Origin: Bugula neritina
Taxonomy: Eukaryota > Animalia > Bryozoa
Direction of reading: 5' to 3'
Assembly: GCA_964035545.1 (NCBI GenBank)
Contig: CAXIUT010000183.1
Location: forward strand, 248,001-312,000
Length of the DNA: 64,000 nucleotides
Shown: positions 1 to 13,141 of the stretch, piece by piece
How the letters are laid out: every line of letters begins with the position of its first letter
How positions within the stretch are numbered: position 1 is the first letter of the stretch
Notes under the pieces: generated by a model
The model's database searches: none
Seen by the model: only the letters and a program-made list of their open reading frames with translations
What the model was told of the DNA's origin: nothing
Translations under genes and position numbers: made by a program

Positions 1-1053
1 CATTGAAATATACTGCAACATAACTAAATATACGGTAATATACCGAAAAAAAAACTGTAACAGATTGAAAAATTCTGCAACATACTGAAATACACTGCAA
101 CCCACTGAAATACATCGCAAAATACTACAACATACTGAAATACACAGTAACATATTGAAATACACTGCAACACATTGAAATATACTGCAACATACCTAAA
201 TATACGGTAATATACTGAAATATACTGTAACACATTGAAAAATACTGCAAGATAATGAAATATACTGTGACACATTGCAATATACTGTAACATACTGAAA
301 TATGCTCAAGCACACTGAAATACACTGCACCTCACTGAAATATACTGCAACATACTGAAATACACTGCAACATCCTACAACATACTGAAATACACTGCAA
401 CATATTGAAAGACACTGCAAGACAATGAAATATACTGCAACATACCAAAATACATGGTAAACTACTGAAATATATTTTAACACATTGAAAAATACTGCAA
501 CATACTGAAATATACTGTAACACACTGAAATATACTGCAACATACTGAAATACACTGCAACATATTGAAAGACACTGCAAGACAATGAAATATACTGCAG
601 AATACTGAAATATACTGTAACACACTGAAATATACTGCAACATACTGAAATACACTGCTACATACTGAAATATACGGCAACATACTGCAACATACTGAAA
701 TACACTGTAACATACTGAAATACACTGTAACAAACTACAACATATTGAAATACACTGCAACACATTGAAATATACTGCAACATACCTAAATATCCGGTAA
801 TATATTGAAATATACTGTAACACATTGAAAAATACTGCAACATACTGAAATACACTGCAACCCACTGAAATACATCGCAAAAGACTACAACATACTGAAA
901 TATACTGTAACACACTGAAATAAACTGCAACATACTGAAATACACTGAAACATACTGAAATAAACTGCAACATACCAAAATATATGGTAAACTACTGAAA
1001 TATACTGTAACACACTGAAAAATACTGCAACATACTGAAATATACTGCGACAC

Positions 1054-1808
1054 CACAGGATAGTTAAGGGCAACCTTTTAGCTGCAACTGCCTTGCTGAG
1101 GTTTGCATTGTAATCATATAAGAATTCAGTACCAGTAAAATAAAATCTCACCTAATTGTGCTAGAGTCAAAATTTAAAAACTATATTGTAGATCTTCTTT
1201 TTCTCCAGTGTAAGTTTTTTGGAAATTTCAATTTTCATTTTTTTTGCGAAGTTATAGACAAAAAACTGCCGAATTTTGGCCAATTTGCCTGAAAAGCTGA
1301 CTTTTCAGTACCAGTAAAATATCTCAGCAGCAAAGCATGATATCTGAATAAAAATTGCACTGCTGGAATCCTGAGATATTTCTCCAGTGTAAGTTTTTTT
1401 CTTTTTTCAATAACTCTGCTAGATTGCTCATAAATTGGTGATTTATACACTGAAAATGCCATATTTTCTCATAAGAAACTAGCAGCGCGCAGCACTTCAC
1501 GCTTCACTGAGCACGTAGGGATGAGAAGATATTGGCGCCTACATAATAATTACAGGCTAGCTAACTGGCAGGCTATAATGAATAGCTTGCTTTGTACTTT
1601 GTTTATGTAGCACCAATAATGGAATGTTGATAGATAACGCAGCCCTAACGAAGGTTGCTGCTTATTGGTTGTAGTTTAATCTTAGGCTAAACAATTACAA
1701 GTAGGCAACACGCATGCCACCCGCAGAGCAATATTATTCAAGAACCTGAACTACATTTTGAGAGAAATTTATGATATTCTTAGTGAGGATGCCCTTAACT
1801 ATCCTGTG
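1054..1808. mobile_element. Non-autonomous DNA transposon (MITE-like), probable CMC/EnSpm-type; copy 1, independent insertion A, 755 bp
   Basis: Starts CACAGGATAGTTAAGGGCA (1054-1072) and ends with its reverse complement TGCCCTTAACTATCCTGTG (1790-1808). Flanks read ...TGCGAC-AC[element]AC-ATTGCAAT versus the common satellite word TGCGACACATTGCAAT, giving a 2-bp TSD of AC. No transposase ORF. Confidence 0.93.
1125..1399 (+). repeat. Degenerate internal direct repeat (179-bp offset) inside the MITE; coordinates given for copy 1
   Basis: TTCAGTACCAGTAAAATA occurs at 1125-1142 and 1304-1321. TTTCTCCAGTGTAAGTTTTTT occurs at 1200-1220 and 1379-1399. Both pairs are offset by exactly 179 bp. Confidence 0.8.
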
Positions 1809-3659
1809 ACATTGCAATATACTGCAACATACCAAAATATATGGTAAACTACTGAAATATACTTTAACACATTGAAAAATACTGCAACATACTAAAATAT
1901 ACCGTAACACACTGCAAGATACTGCAGCATTCCGAAATACACTGTAACATACTGAAACACACTGCAACATACTGCATTATACTGACAAACACTGGAACAT
2001 ATTGAAATACACTGCAACATCCTACAACATGCTGAAATACACTGTAACATATTGAAATACACTGCAACACAATGAAATATACTGCAACATACCAAAATAT
2101 ATGGTAAACTACTGAAATATACTTTAACACATTGAAAAATACTGCAACATACTGAAATATACTGTAACACACTGAAATATACTGCAACATACTGAAATAC
2201 ACTGTAACATACTGAAATAAACTGTAACATACTGAAATACACTGCAACATCCTACAACATACTGAATTACACTGTAACATTGTGAAATACACTGCAACAC
2301 ATTGAAAAATACTGCAACATACCGAAATATACGGTAAACTATTGAATTATACTGTAACACATTGAAAAATACTGAAACACACTGAAATATACTCTGACAC
2401 AATGCAATATACTGTAACATACTGAAATATGCTGTAGCACACTGAAATACACTGCAACTCACTGAAATATACTACAACATACTGAAAAACACTGTAACAT
2501 ATTGAAACATACTGCAACATACTACAACATATTGAAATACACTGCAACACATTGAAATATACTGCAACATACCTAAATATCCGGTAATATACTGAAATAT
2601 ACTGTAACACATTGAAAAATACTACAACATACTGAAATACACTGTAACATATTGAAATACACTGCAACACATTGAAATATACTGCAACCTATAGAAATAT
2701 ATGGTAAACTACTGAAATATACTGTAACACATTGAAAAATACTGCAACATACTGAAACATACTGCGACACATTGCAATATACAGTAACATACTGAAACAT
2801 GCTGTAGCACACTGAAATAGACTGCAGCTCACTGAAATATACTGCATCATACTGAAATACACTGCTACATACTGAAATATACTGCAACATACTGCAACAT
2901 ACTGAAATACACTGTAACATACTGAAATACACTGCAACAAACTACAACATATTGAAATACACTGCAACACACTGAAATATACTGCAACATACCTAAATAT
3001 ACGGTAATATACCGAAAAAAAAACTGTAACAGATTGAAAAATTCTGCAACATACTGAAATAAACTGCAACACACTGAAATACAGCGCAAAATACTACAAC
3101 ATACTGAAATACACTGTAACGTATTGAAATACACTGCAACACTTTGAAATATACTGCAACATACCGAAATATATGGTAAACTACTAAAATATACTGTAAC
3201 ACTTTGAAAAATTGTGCAACACACTGAAATATACTCTGACACATTGCAATATACTGTAACATACTGAAATATGCTGTAGCACACTGAAATACATTGCAAC
3301 TCACTGAAATATACTGCAACATACTGAAATACACTGTAACATATTGAAAAATACTGCAACATACTGCAACATACTGAAATACACTGTAACATACTGAAAT
3401 ACATTGCAAAATACTACAACATACTGAAATACACTGTAACACATTGAAATATACTACAACATACCTAAATATCCGGTAATATACTGAAATATACTGTAAC
3501 ACATTGAAAAATACTGCAACATACTGAAATACACTGCAACCCACTGAAATACATCGCAAAATACTACAACATACTGAAATACACTGTAACATATTGAAAT
3601 ACACTGCAACACATTGAAATATACTGCAACCTACAGAAATAGGTGGTAAACTACTGAAA

Positions 3660-6600
3660 TATACTGTAACACATTGAAAAATACTGCAACATACTGAAAT
3701 ATACTGCGACACATTGCAATATACTGTAACATACTGAAATATGCTCTAGCACACTGAAATACACTGCAACCCACTGAAATATACTGCAACATACGGAAAT
3801 ACACTGCAACACATTGAAATACACTGCAACATACCAAAATAAATGGTAAACTACTGAAATATACTTTAACACATTGAAAAATACTGCAACATACTGAAAT
3901 ATACTGTAACACACTAAAATATACTGCAACATACTGAAATACACTGTAACATACTGAAATAAACTGCAACATACTGAAGTACACTACAACATCCTACAAC
4001 ATACTGAAATACAATGTAACATATTGAAACACACTGCAACACATTGAAAAATACTGCAAGATACTGAAATATACTGTGACACTTTGCAATATACTGTAAC
4101 ATACTGAAATATGCTCAAGCACACTGAAATACACTGCACCTCACTGAAGCATACTGCAACATACTGAAATACACTGCAACATCCTACAACATACTGAAAT
4201 ACACTGCAACATATTGAAAGACACTGCAAGACAATGAAATATACTGCAACATACTGAAATATACTGTAACACACTGAAATATACTGCAACATACTGAAAT
4301 ACACTGCTACATACTGAAATATACTGCAACATACTGCAACATACTGAAATACACGGTAACATACTGAAATACACTGCAACAAACTACAACATATTGAAAT
4401 ACACTGCAACACATTGAAATATACTGCAATATACCAATATATATGGTAAACTGCTGAAATATACTTTAACACATTGAAAAATACTGCAACATACTGAAAT
4501 ATACTGTAAGACACTGAAATATACTGCAACATACTGAAATACACTGCTAGATACTGAAATATACTGCAACATACTGCAACAATCTGAAATACACTGTAAC
4601 ATACTGAAATACACTGCAACAAACTACAACATATTGAAATACACTGCAACACATTGAAATATACTGCAACATGCCTAAATATACGGTAATATACCGAAAA
4701 AAAAACTGTGACAGATTGAAAAATTCCGCAACATACTGAAATAAACTGCAACACACTGAAATACACCACAAAATACTACCACATACTGAAATACACTGTA
4801 ACATATTGAAATACACTGCAACACTTTGAAATATACTGCAACATACCGAAATATAGGGTAAACTACTAAAATATACTGTAACACTTTGAAAAACAGTGCA
4901 ACATACTGAAATATACTGCGACACTTTGCAATGTACTGTAACATACTGAAATATGCTGTAGCACACTGAAATACACTGCAACTCACTGAAATATACTGCA
5001 ACATATTGAAATACACTGCAACATCCTACAACATGCTAAAATACACTGTAACATATTGAAATACCGTACAACACATTGAAATATACTGCAACATACCGGA
5101 ATATATGGTAAAGTACTGAAATATACTGTAACACACTGAAAAATACTGCAACATACTGAAATATACTGCGACACATTGCAATATACTGCAACATACCAAA
5201 ATATATGGTAAACTACTGAAATATACTTTAACACATTGAAAAATACTGCAACATACTGAAATATACTGTAACATATTGAAATACACTGCAACACTTTGAA
5301 ATATACTGCAACATACCGAAATATATGGTAAACTACTAAAATATACTGTAACACACTGAAAAATACTGCAACATACTGAAATATACTGCGACACATTGCA
5401 ATATACTGCAACATACCAAAATATATGGTAAACTACTGAAATATACTTTAACACATTGAAAAATACTGCAACATACTGAAATACACTGTAACATATTGAA
5501 ATACACTGCAACACTTTGAAATATACTGCAACATACCGAAATATATGGTAAACTACTAAAATATACTGTAACACTTTGAAAAACAGTGCAACATACTGAA
5601 ATATACTGCGACACTTTGCAATGTACTGTAACATACTGAAATATGCTGTAGCACACTGAAATACACTGCAACTCACTGAAATATACTGCAACATATTGAA
5701 ATACACTGCAACATCCTACAACATGCTAAAATACACGGTAACATATTGAAATACAGTACAACACATTGAAATATACTGCAACATACCGGAATATATGGTA
5801 AAGTACTGAAATATACTGTAACACACTGAAAAACACTGCAACATACTGAAATATACTGCGACACATTGCAATATACTGCAACATACCAAAATATATGGTA
5901 AACTACTGATATATACTTTAACACATTGAAAAATACGGCAACATACTGAAATATACTGTAACACACTGAAATATACTGCAACATACTGAAATACACTGTA
6001 ACATACTGAGATAAACTGCAACATACGAAAATATATGGTAAACTACTGAAATATAATTTAACACATTGAAAAATCCTGCAACATACTAAAATATACTGTA
6101 ACACACTGCAAGATACTGCAACATACTGAAATACACTGTAACATACTGAGATAAACTGCAACATACGAAAATATATGGTAAACTACTGAAATATAATTTA
6201 ACACATTGAAAAATCCTGCAACATACTAAAATACACTGTAACACACTGCAAGATACTGCAACATACCGAAATACACTGTAACATAATGAAACACACTGCA
6301 ACATACTGCATTATACTGACATACACTGGAACATATTGAAATACACTGCAACATCCTACAACATGGTGAAATACACTGTAACATATTGAAATACACTGCA
6401 ACAGATTGAAAAATACTGCAACATACAGAAATATATGGTAAACTATTGAATTATACTGTAACACATTGAAAAATACTGAAACACACTGAAATATACTCTG
6501 ACACAATGCAAAATACTGTAACATACTGAAATATGCTGTAGCACACTGAAATACACTGCAACTCACTGAAATATACTGCAACATACTGAAAAACACTGTA

Positions 6601-9600
6601 ACATATTGAGACATACTGCAACATACTGCAACATACTGAAATACACTGTAACATACTGAAATACATTGCAAAATACTGCAACATATTGAAATACACTGCA
6701 ACACATTGAAATATACTGCAACATACCTAAATATCCGGTAATATACTGAGATATACTGTAACACATTGAAAAATACTGCAACATACTGAAATACACTGCA
6801 ACCCACTGAAATACATCGCAAAAGACTACAACATACTGAAATACACTGTAACATATTGAAATACACTGCAACACATTGAAATATACTGCAACCTATAGAA
6901 ATATATGGTAAACTACTGAAATATACTGTAACACATTGAAAAATACTGCAACATACTGAAACATACTGCGACACATTGCAATATACTGTAACATACTGAA
7001 ATATGCTCTAGCACACTGAAATACACTGCAACCCACTGAAATATACTGCAACATACGGAAATACACTGCAACACATTGAAATACACTGCAACATACCAAA
7101 ATAAATGGTAAACTACTGAAATATACTTTAACACATTGAAAAATACTGCAACATACTGAAATATACTGTAACACACTAAAATATACTGCAACATACTGAA
7201 ATACACTGTAACATACTGAAATAAACTGCAACATACTGAAGTACACTACAACATCCTACAACATACTGAAATACAATGTAACATATTGAAACACACTGCA
7301 ACACATTGAAAAATACTGCAAGATACTGAAATATACTGTGACACTTTGCAATATACTGTAACATACTGAAATATGCTCAAGCACACTGAAATACACTGCA
7401 CCTCACTGAAACATACTGCAACATACTGAAATACACTGCAACATCCTACAACATACTGAAATACACTGCAACATATTGAAAGACACTGCAAGACAATGAA
7501 ATATACTGCAACATACTGAAATATACTGTAACACACTGAAATATACTGCAACATACTGAAATACACTGCTACATACTGAAATATACTGCAACATACTGCA
7601 ACATACTGAAATACACGGTAACATACTGAAATACACTGCAACAAACTACAACATATTGAAATACACTGCAACACATTGAAATATACTGCAATATACCAAT
7701 ATATATGGTAAACTGCTGAAATATACTTTAACACATTGAAAAATACTGCAACATACTGAAATATACTGTAAGACACTGAAATATACTGCAACATACTGAA
7801 ATACACTGCTAGATACTGAAATATACTGCAACATACTGCAACAATCTGAAATACACTGTAACATACTGAAATACACTGCAACAAACTACAACATATTGAA
7901 ATACACTGCAACACATTGAAATATACTGCAACATGCCTAAATATACGGTAATATACCGAAAAAAAAACTGTGACAGATTGAAAAATTCCGCAACATACTG
8001 AAATAAACTGCAACACACTGAAATACACCACAAAATACTACCACATACTGAAATACACTGTAACATATTGAAATACACTGCAACACTTTGAAATATACTG
8101 CAACATACCGAAATATAGGGTAAACTACTAAAATATACTGTAACACTTTGAAAAACAGTGCAACATACTGAAATATACTGCGACACTTTGCAATGTACTG
8201 TAACATACTGAAATATGCTGTAGCACACTGAAATACACTGCAACTCACTGAAATATACTGCAACATATTGAAATACACTGCAACATCCTACAACATGCTA
8301 AAATACACTGTAACATATTGAAATACCGTACAACACATTGAAATATACTGCAACATACCGGAATATATGGTAAAGTACTGAAATATACTGTAACACACTG
8401 AAAAATACTGCAACATACTGAAATATACTGCGACACATTGCAATATACTGCAACATACCAAAATATATGGTAAACTACTGAAATATACTTTAACACATTG
8501 AAAAATACTGCAACATACTGAAATATACTGTAACATATTGAAATACACTGCAACACTTTGAAATATACTGCAACATACCGAAATATATGGTAAACTACTA
8601 AAATATACTGTAACACACTGAAAAATACTGCAACATACTGAAATATACTGCGACACATTGCAATATACTGCAACATACCAAAATATATGGTAAACTACTG
8701 AAATATACTTTAACACATTGAAAAATACTGCAACATACTGAAATACACTGTAACATATTGAAATACACTGCAACATCCTACAACATGCTAAAATACACGG
8801 TAACATATTGAAATACAGTACAACACATTGAAATATACTGCAACATACCGGAATATATGGTAAAGTACTGAAATATACTGTAACACACTGAAAAACACTG
8901 CAACATACTGAAATATACTGCGACACATTGCAATATACTGCAACATACCAAAATATATGGTAAACTACTGATATATACTTTAACACATTGAAAAATACGG
9001 CAACATACTGAAATATACTGTAACACACTGAAATATACTGCAACATACTGAAATACACTGTAACATACTGAGATAAACTGCAACATACGAAAATATATGG
9101 TAAACTACTGAAATATAATTTAACACATTGAAAAATCCTGCAACATACTAAAATATACTGTAACACACTGCAAGATACTGCAACATACTGAAATACACTG
9201 TAACATACTGAGATAAACTGCAACATACGAAATTATATGGTAAACTACTGAAATATAATTTAACACATTGAAAAATCCTGCAACATACTAAAATACACTG
9301 TAACACACTGCAAGATACTGCAACATACCGAAATACACTGTAACATAATGAAACACACTGCAACATACTGCATTATACTGACATACACTGGAACATATTG
9401 AAATACACTGCAACATCCTACAACATGGTGAAATACACTGTAACATATTGAAATACACTGCAACAGATTGAAAAATACTGCAACATACAGAAATATATGG
9501 TAAACTATTGAATTATACTGTAACACATTGAAAAATACTGAAACACACTGAAATATACTCTGACACAATGCAAAATACTGTAACATACTGAAATATGCTG

Positions 9601-9640
9601 TAGCACACTGAAATACACTGCAACTCACTGAAATATACTG
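3660..9640. repeat. Higher-order tandem duplication, period 3262 bp (3062 bp after a 200-bp loss in the second copy); boundaries approximate
   Basis: ORF-track translations recur at +3262 (3984..4769 vs 7246..8031; 4547..4981 vs 7809..8243) and later at +3062 (5716..6024 vs 8778..9086). Rare variants such as GAAATATAGGGTAAAC and ATACCGTACAAC are shared. Confidence 0.85.
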
Positions 9641-12385
9641 CAACATACTGAAATTCACTGCAGCATCCTACAACATGCTGAAATACACTGTAACATATTG
9701 AAATACACTGCAACACATTGAAATATACTGCAACATACCGCAATATATGGTAAACTACTGAAATAAACTGTAACACATTGAAAAATACTGCATCATACTG
9801 AAATATACTGCGACATAATGCAATATTCTGTAACATACTGAGATATGCTGTAGCACACTGAAATACACTACAACTCACTGAAACATACTGCAACATACTG
9901 AAATACACTGTAACATCCTACAACATACTGAAATACACAGTAACATATTGAAATACACTGCAACACATTGAAATATACTGCAACATACCTAAATATACGG
10001 TAATATACTGAAATATACTGTAACACATTGAAAAATACTGCAAGATACTGAAATATACTGTGACACTTTGCAATATACTGTAACATACTGAAATATGCTC
10101 AAGCACACTGAAATACACTGCACCTCACTGAAACATACTGCAACATACTGAAATACACTGCAACATCCTACAACATACTGAAATACACTGCAACATATTG
10201 AAAGACACTGCAAGACAATGAAATATACTGCAACATACTGAAATATACTGTAACACACTGAAATATACTGCAACATACTGAAATACACTGCTACATACTG
10301 AAATATACTGCAACATACTGCAACATACTGAAATACACGGTAACATACTGAAATACACTGCAACAAACTACAACATATTGAAATACACTGCAACACATTG
10401 AAATATACTGCAATATACCAATATATATGGTAAACTGCTGAAATATACTTTAACACATTGAAAAATACTGCAACATACTGAAATATACTGTAAGACACTG
10501 AAATATACTGCAACATACTGAAATACACTGCTAGATACTGAAATATACTGCAACATACTGCAACAATCTGAAATACACTGTAACATACTGAAATACACTG
10601 CAACAAACTACAACATATTGAAATACACTGCAACACATTGAAATATACTGCAACATGCCTAAATATACGGTAATATACCGAAAAAAAAACTGTGACAGAT
10701 TGAAAAATTCCGCAACATACTGAAATAAACTGCAACACACTGAAATACACCGCAAAATACTACCACATACTGAAATACACTGTAACATATTGAAATACAC
10801 TGCAACACTTTGAAATATACTGCAACATACCGAAATATAGGGTAAACTACTAAAATATACTGTAACACTTTGAAAAACAGTGCAACATACTGAAATATAC
10901 TGCGACACTTTGCAATGTACTGTAACATACTGAAATATGCTGTAGCACACTGAAATACACTGCAACTCACTGAAATATACTGCAACATATTGAAATACAC
11001 TGCAACATCCTACAACATGCTAAAATACACTGTAACATATTGAAATACAGTACAACACATTGAAATATACTGCAACATACCGGAATATATGGTAAAGTAC
11101 TGAAATATACTGTAACACACTGAAAAATACTGCAACATACTGAAATATACTGCGACACATTGCAATATACTGCAACATACCAAAATATATGGTAAACTAC
11201 TGAAATATACTTTAACACATTGAAAAATACTGCAACATACTGAAATATACTGTAACACACTGAAATATACTGCAACATACTGAAATACACTGTAACATAC
11301 TGAAATAAACTGTAACATACTGAAATACACTGCAACATCCTACAACATGCTAAAATACACTGTAACATATTGAAATACAGTACAACACATTGAAATATAC
11401 TGCAACATACCGGAATATATGGTAAAGTACTGAAATATACTGTAACACACTGAAAAACACTGCAACATACTGAAATATACTGCGACACATTGCAATATAC
11501 TGCAACATACCAAAATATATGGTAAACTACTGAAATATACTTTAACACATTGAAAAATACTGCAACATACTGAAATATACTGTAACACACTGAAATATAC
11601 TGCAACATACTGAAATACACTGTAACATACTGAGATAAACTGCAACATACGAAAATATATGGTAAACTACTGAAATATAATTTAACACATTGAAAAATCC
11701 TGCAACATACTAAAATATACTGTAACACACTGCAAGATACTGCAACATACCGAAATGCACTGTAACATAGTGAAACACACTGCAACATACTGCATTATAC
11801 TGACATACACTGGAACATATTGAAATATACTGCAACATACCTAAATATCCGGTAATATACTGAAATATACTGTAACACATTGAAAAATACTGCAACATAC
11901 TGAAATACACTGCAACCCACTGAAATACATCGCAAAAGACTACAACATACTGAAATACACTGAAACACACTGAAATATACTCTGACACAATGCAAAATAC
12001 TGTAACATACTGAAATATGCTGTAGCACACTGAAATACACTGCAACTCACTGAAATATACTGCAACATACTGAAAAACACTGTAACATATTGAGACATAC
12101 TGCAACATACTGCAACATACTGAAATACACTGTAACATACTGAAATACATTGCAAAATACTGCAACATATTGAAATACACTGCAACACATTGAAATATAC
12201 TGCAACATACCTAAATATCCGGTAATATACTGAGATATACTGTAACACATTGAAAAATACTGCAACATACTGAAATACACTGCAACCCACTGAAATACAT
12301 CGCAAAAGACTACAACATACTGAAATACACTGTAACATATTGAAATACACTGCAACACATTGAAATATACTGCAACATACCGCAA

Positions 12386-13141
12386 CACAGGATAGTTAAG
12401 GGCAACCTTTTAGCTGCAACTGCCTTGCTGAGGTTTGCATTGTAATCATATAAGAATTCAGTACCAGTAAAATAAGATCTCACCTAATTGTGCTAGAGTC
12501 AAAATTTAAAAACTATGTTGTAGATCTTCTTTTTCTCCAGTGTAAGTTTTTTGGAAATTTCAATTTTCATTTTTTTTGCGAAGTTATAGACAAAAAACTG
12601 CCGAATTTTGGCCAGTTTTGCCTGAAAAGCTGACTTTTCAGTACCAGTAAAATATCTCAGCAGCAAAGCATGATATCTGAAAAAAAATTGCACTGCTGGA
12701 ATCCTGAGATATTTCTCCAGTGTAAGTTTTTTTCTTTTTTCAATAACTCTGCTAGATTGCTCATAAATTGGTGATTTATACACTGAAAATGCCATATTTT
12801 CTCATAAGAAACTAGCAGCGCGCAGCACTTCACGCTTCACTGAGCATGTAGGGATGAGAAGATATTGGCGCCTACATAATAATTACAGGCTAGCTAGCTG
12901 GCAGGCTATAATGAATAGCTTGCTTTGTACTTTGTTTATTTAGCACCCATAATGGAATGTTGATAGATAACGCAGCCCTAATGAAGGTTGCTGCTTATTG
13001 GTTGTAGTTTATTCTTAGGCTAAACAATTACAAGTAGGCAACACGCATGCCACCCGCAGAGCAATATTATTCAAGAACCTGAACTACATTTTGAGAGAAA
13101 TTTATGATATTCTTAGTGAGGATGCCCTTAACTATCCTGTG
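12386..13141. mobile_element. MITE copy 2 (insertion B), 756 bp
   Basis: Same TIRs. Flanks are ...CATACCGC-AA[element]AA-TATATGGTAAAC. The empty site CATACCGCAATATATGGTAAAC is present at about 9734-9755, giving a 2-bp TSD of AA. Confidence 0.93.

Noticed and set aside
1054-1090. Transib/RAG-like element with RSS-like ends (CACAG resembles the heptamer CACAGTG)
   Set aside because: Only 5 of 7 heptamer bases match, no ACAAAAACC-like nonamer is evident, and the TSD is 2 bp rather than the 5 bp typical of Transib/ProtoRAG.
1445-1455. Satellite-like word ATACACTGAAA inside the MITE, suggesting the satellite derives from the element
   Set aside because: It is a single 11-bp AT-rich match against a highly variable repeat and is not tandem within the element, so it is compatible with chance.
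1475-1730. GC-richer MITE segment with ATTGG/CCAAT words as a promoter or tRNA-derived region
   Set aside because: I could not identify a cloverleaf, a convincing A/B-box pair or a downstream gene. Short motifs alone are insufficient.
1064-1798. Kolobok- or piggyBac-type element bounded by TTAA (TTAAGGGCA...TGCCCTTAA)
   Set aside because: The inverted repeat continues 10 bp outside the TTAA to CACAG. Two different empty sites place the true ends at CACAG/CTGTG with 2-bp TSDs.
12499-12795. 98-aa ORF inside the MITE (MAFSVYKSPIYEQ...) as a transposase or cargo gene
   Set aside because: It is short, its lysine runs come from poly-T tracts, and it has no DDE or other recognisable motif. It is frameshifted in copy 1 and truncated in copy 7.
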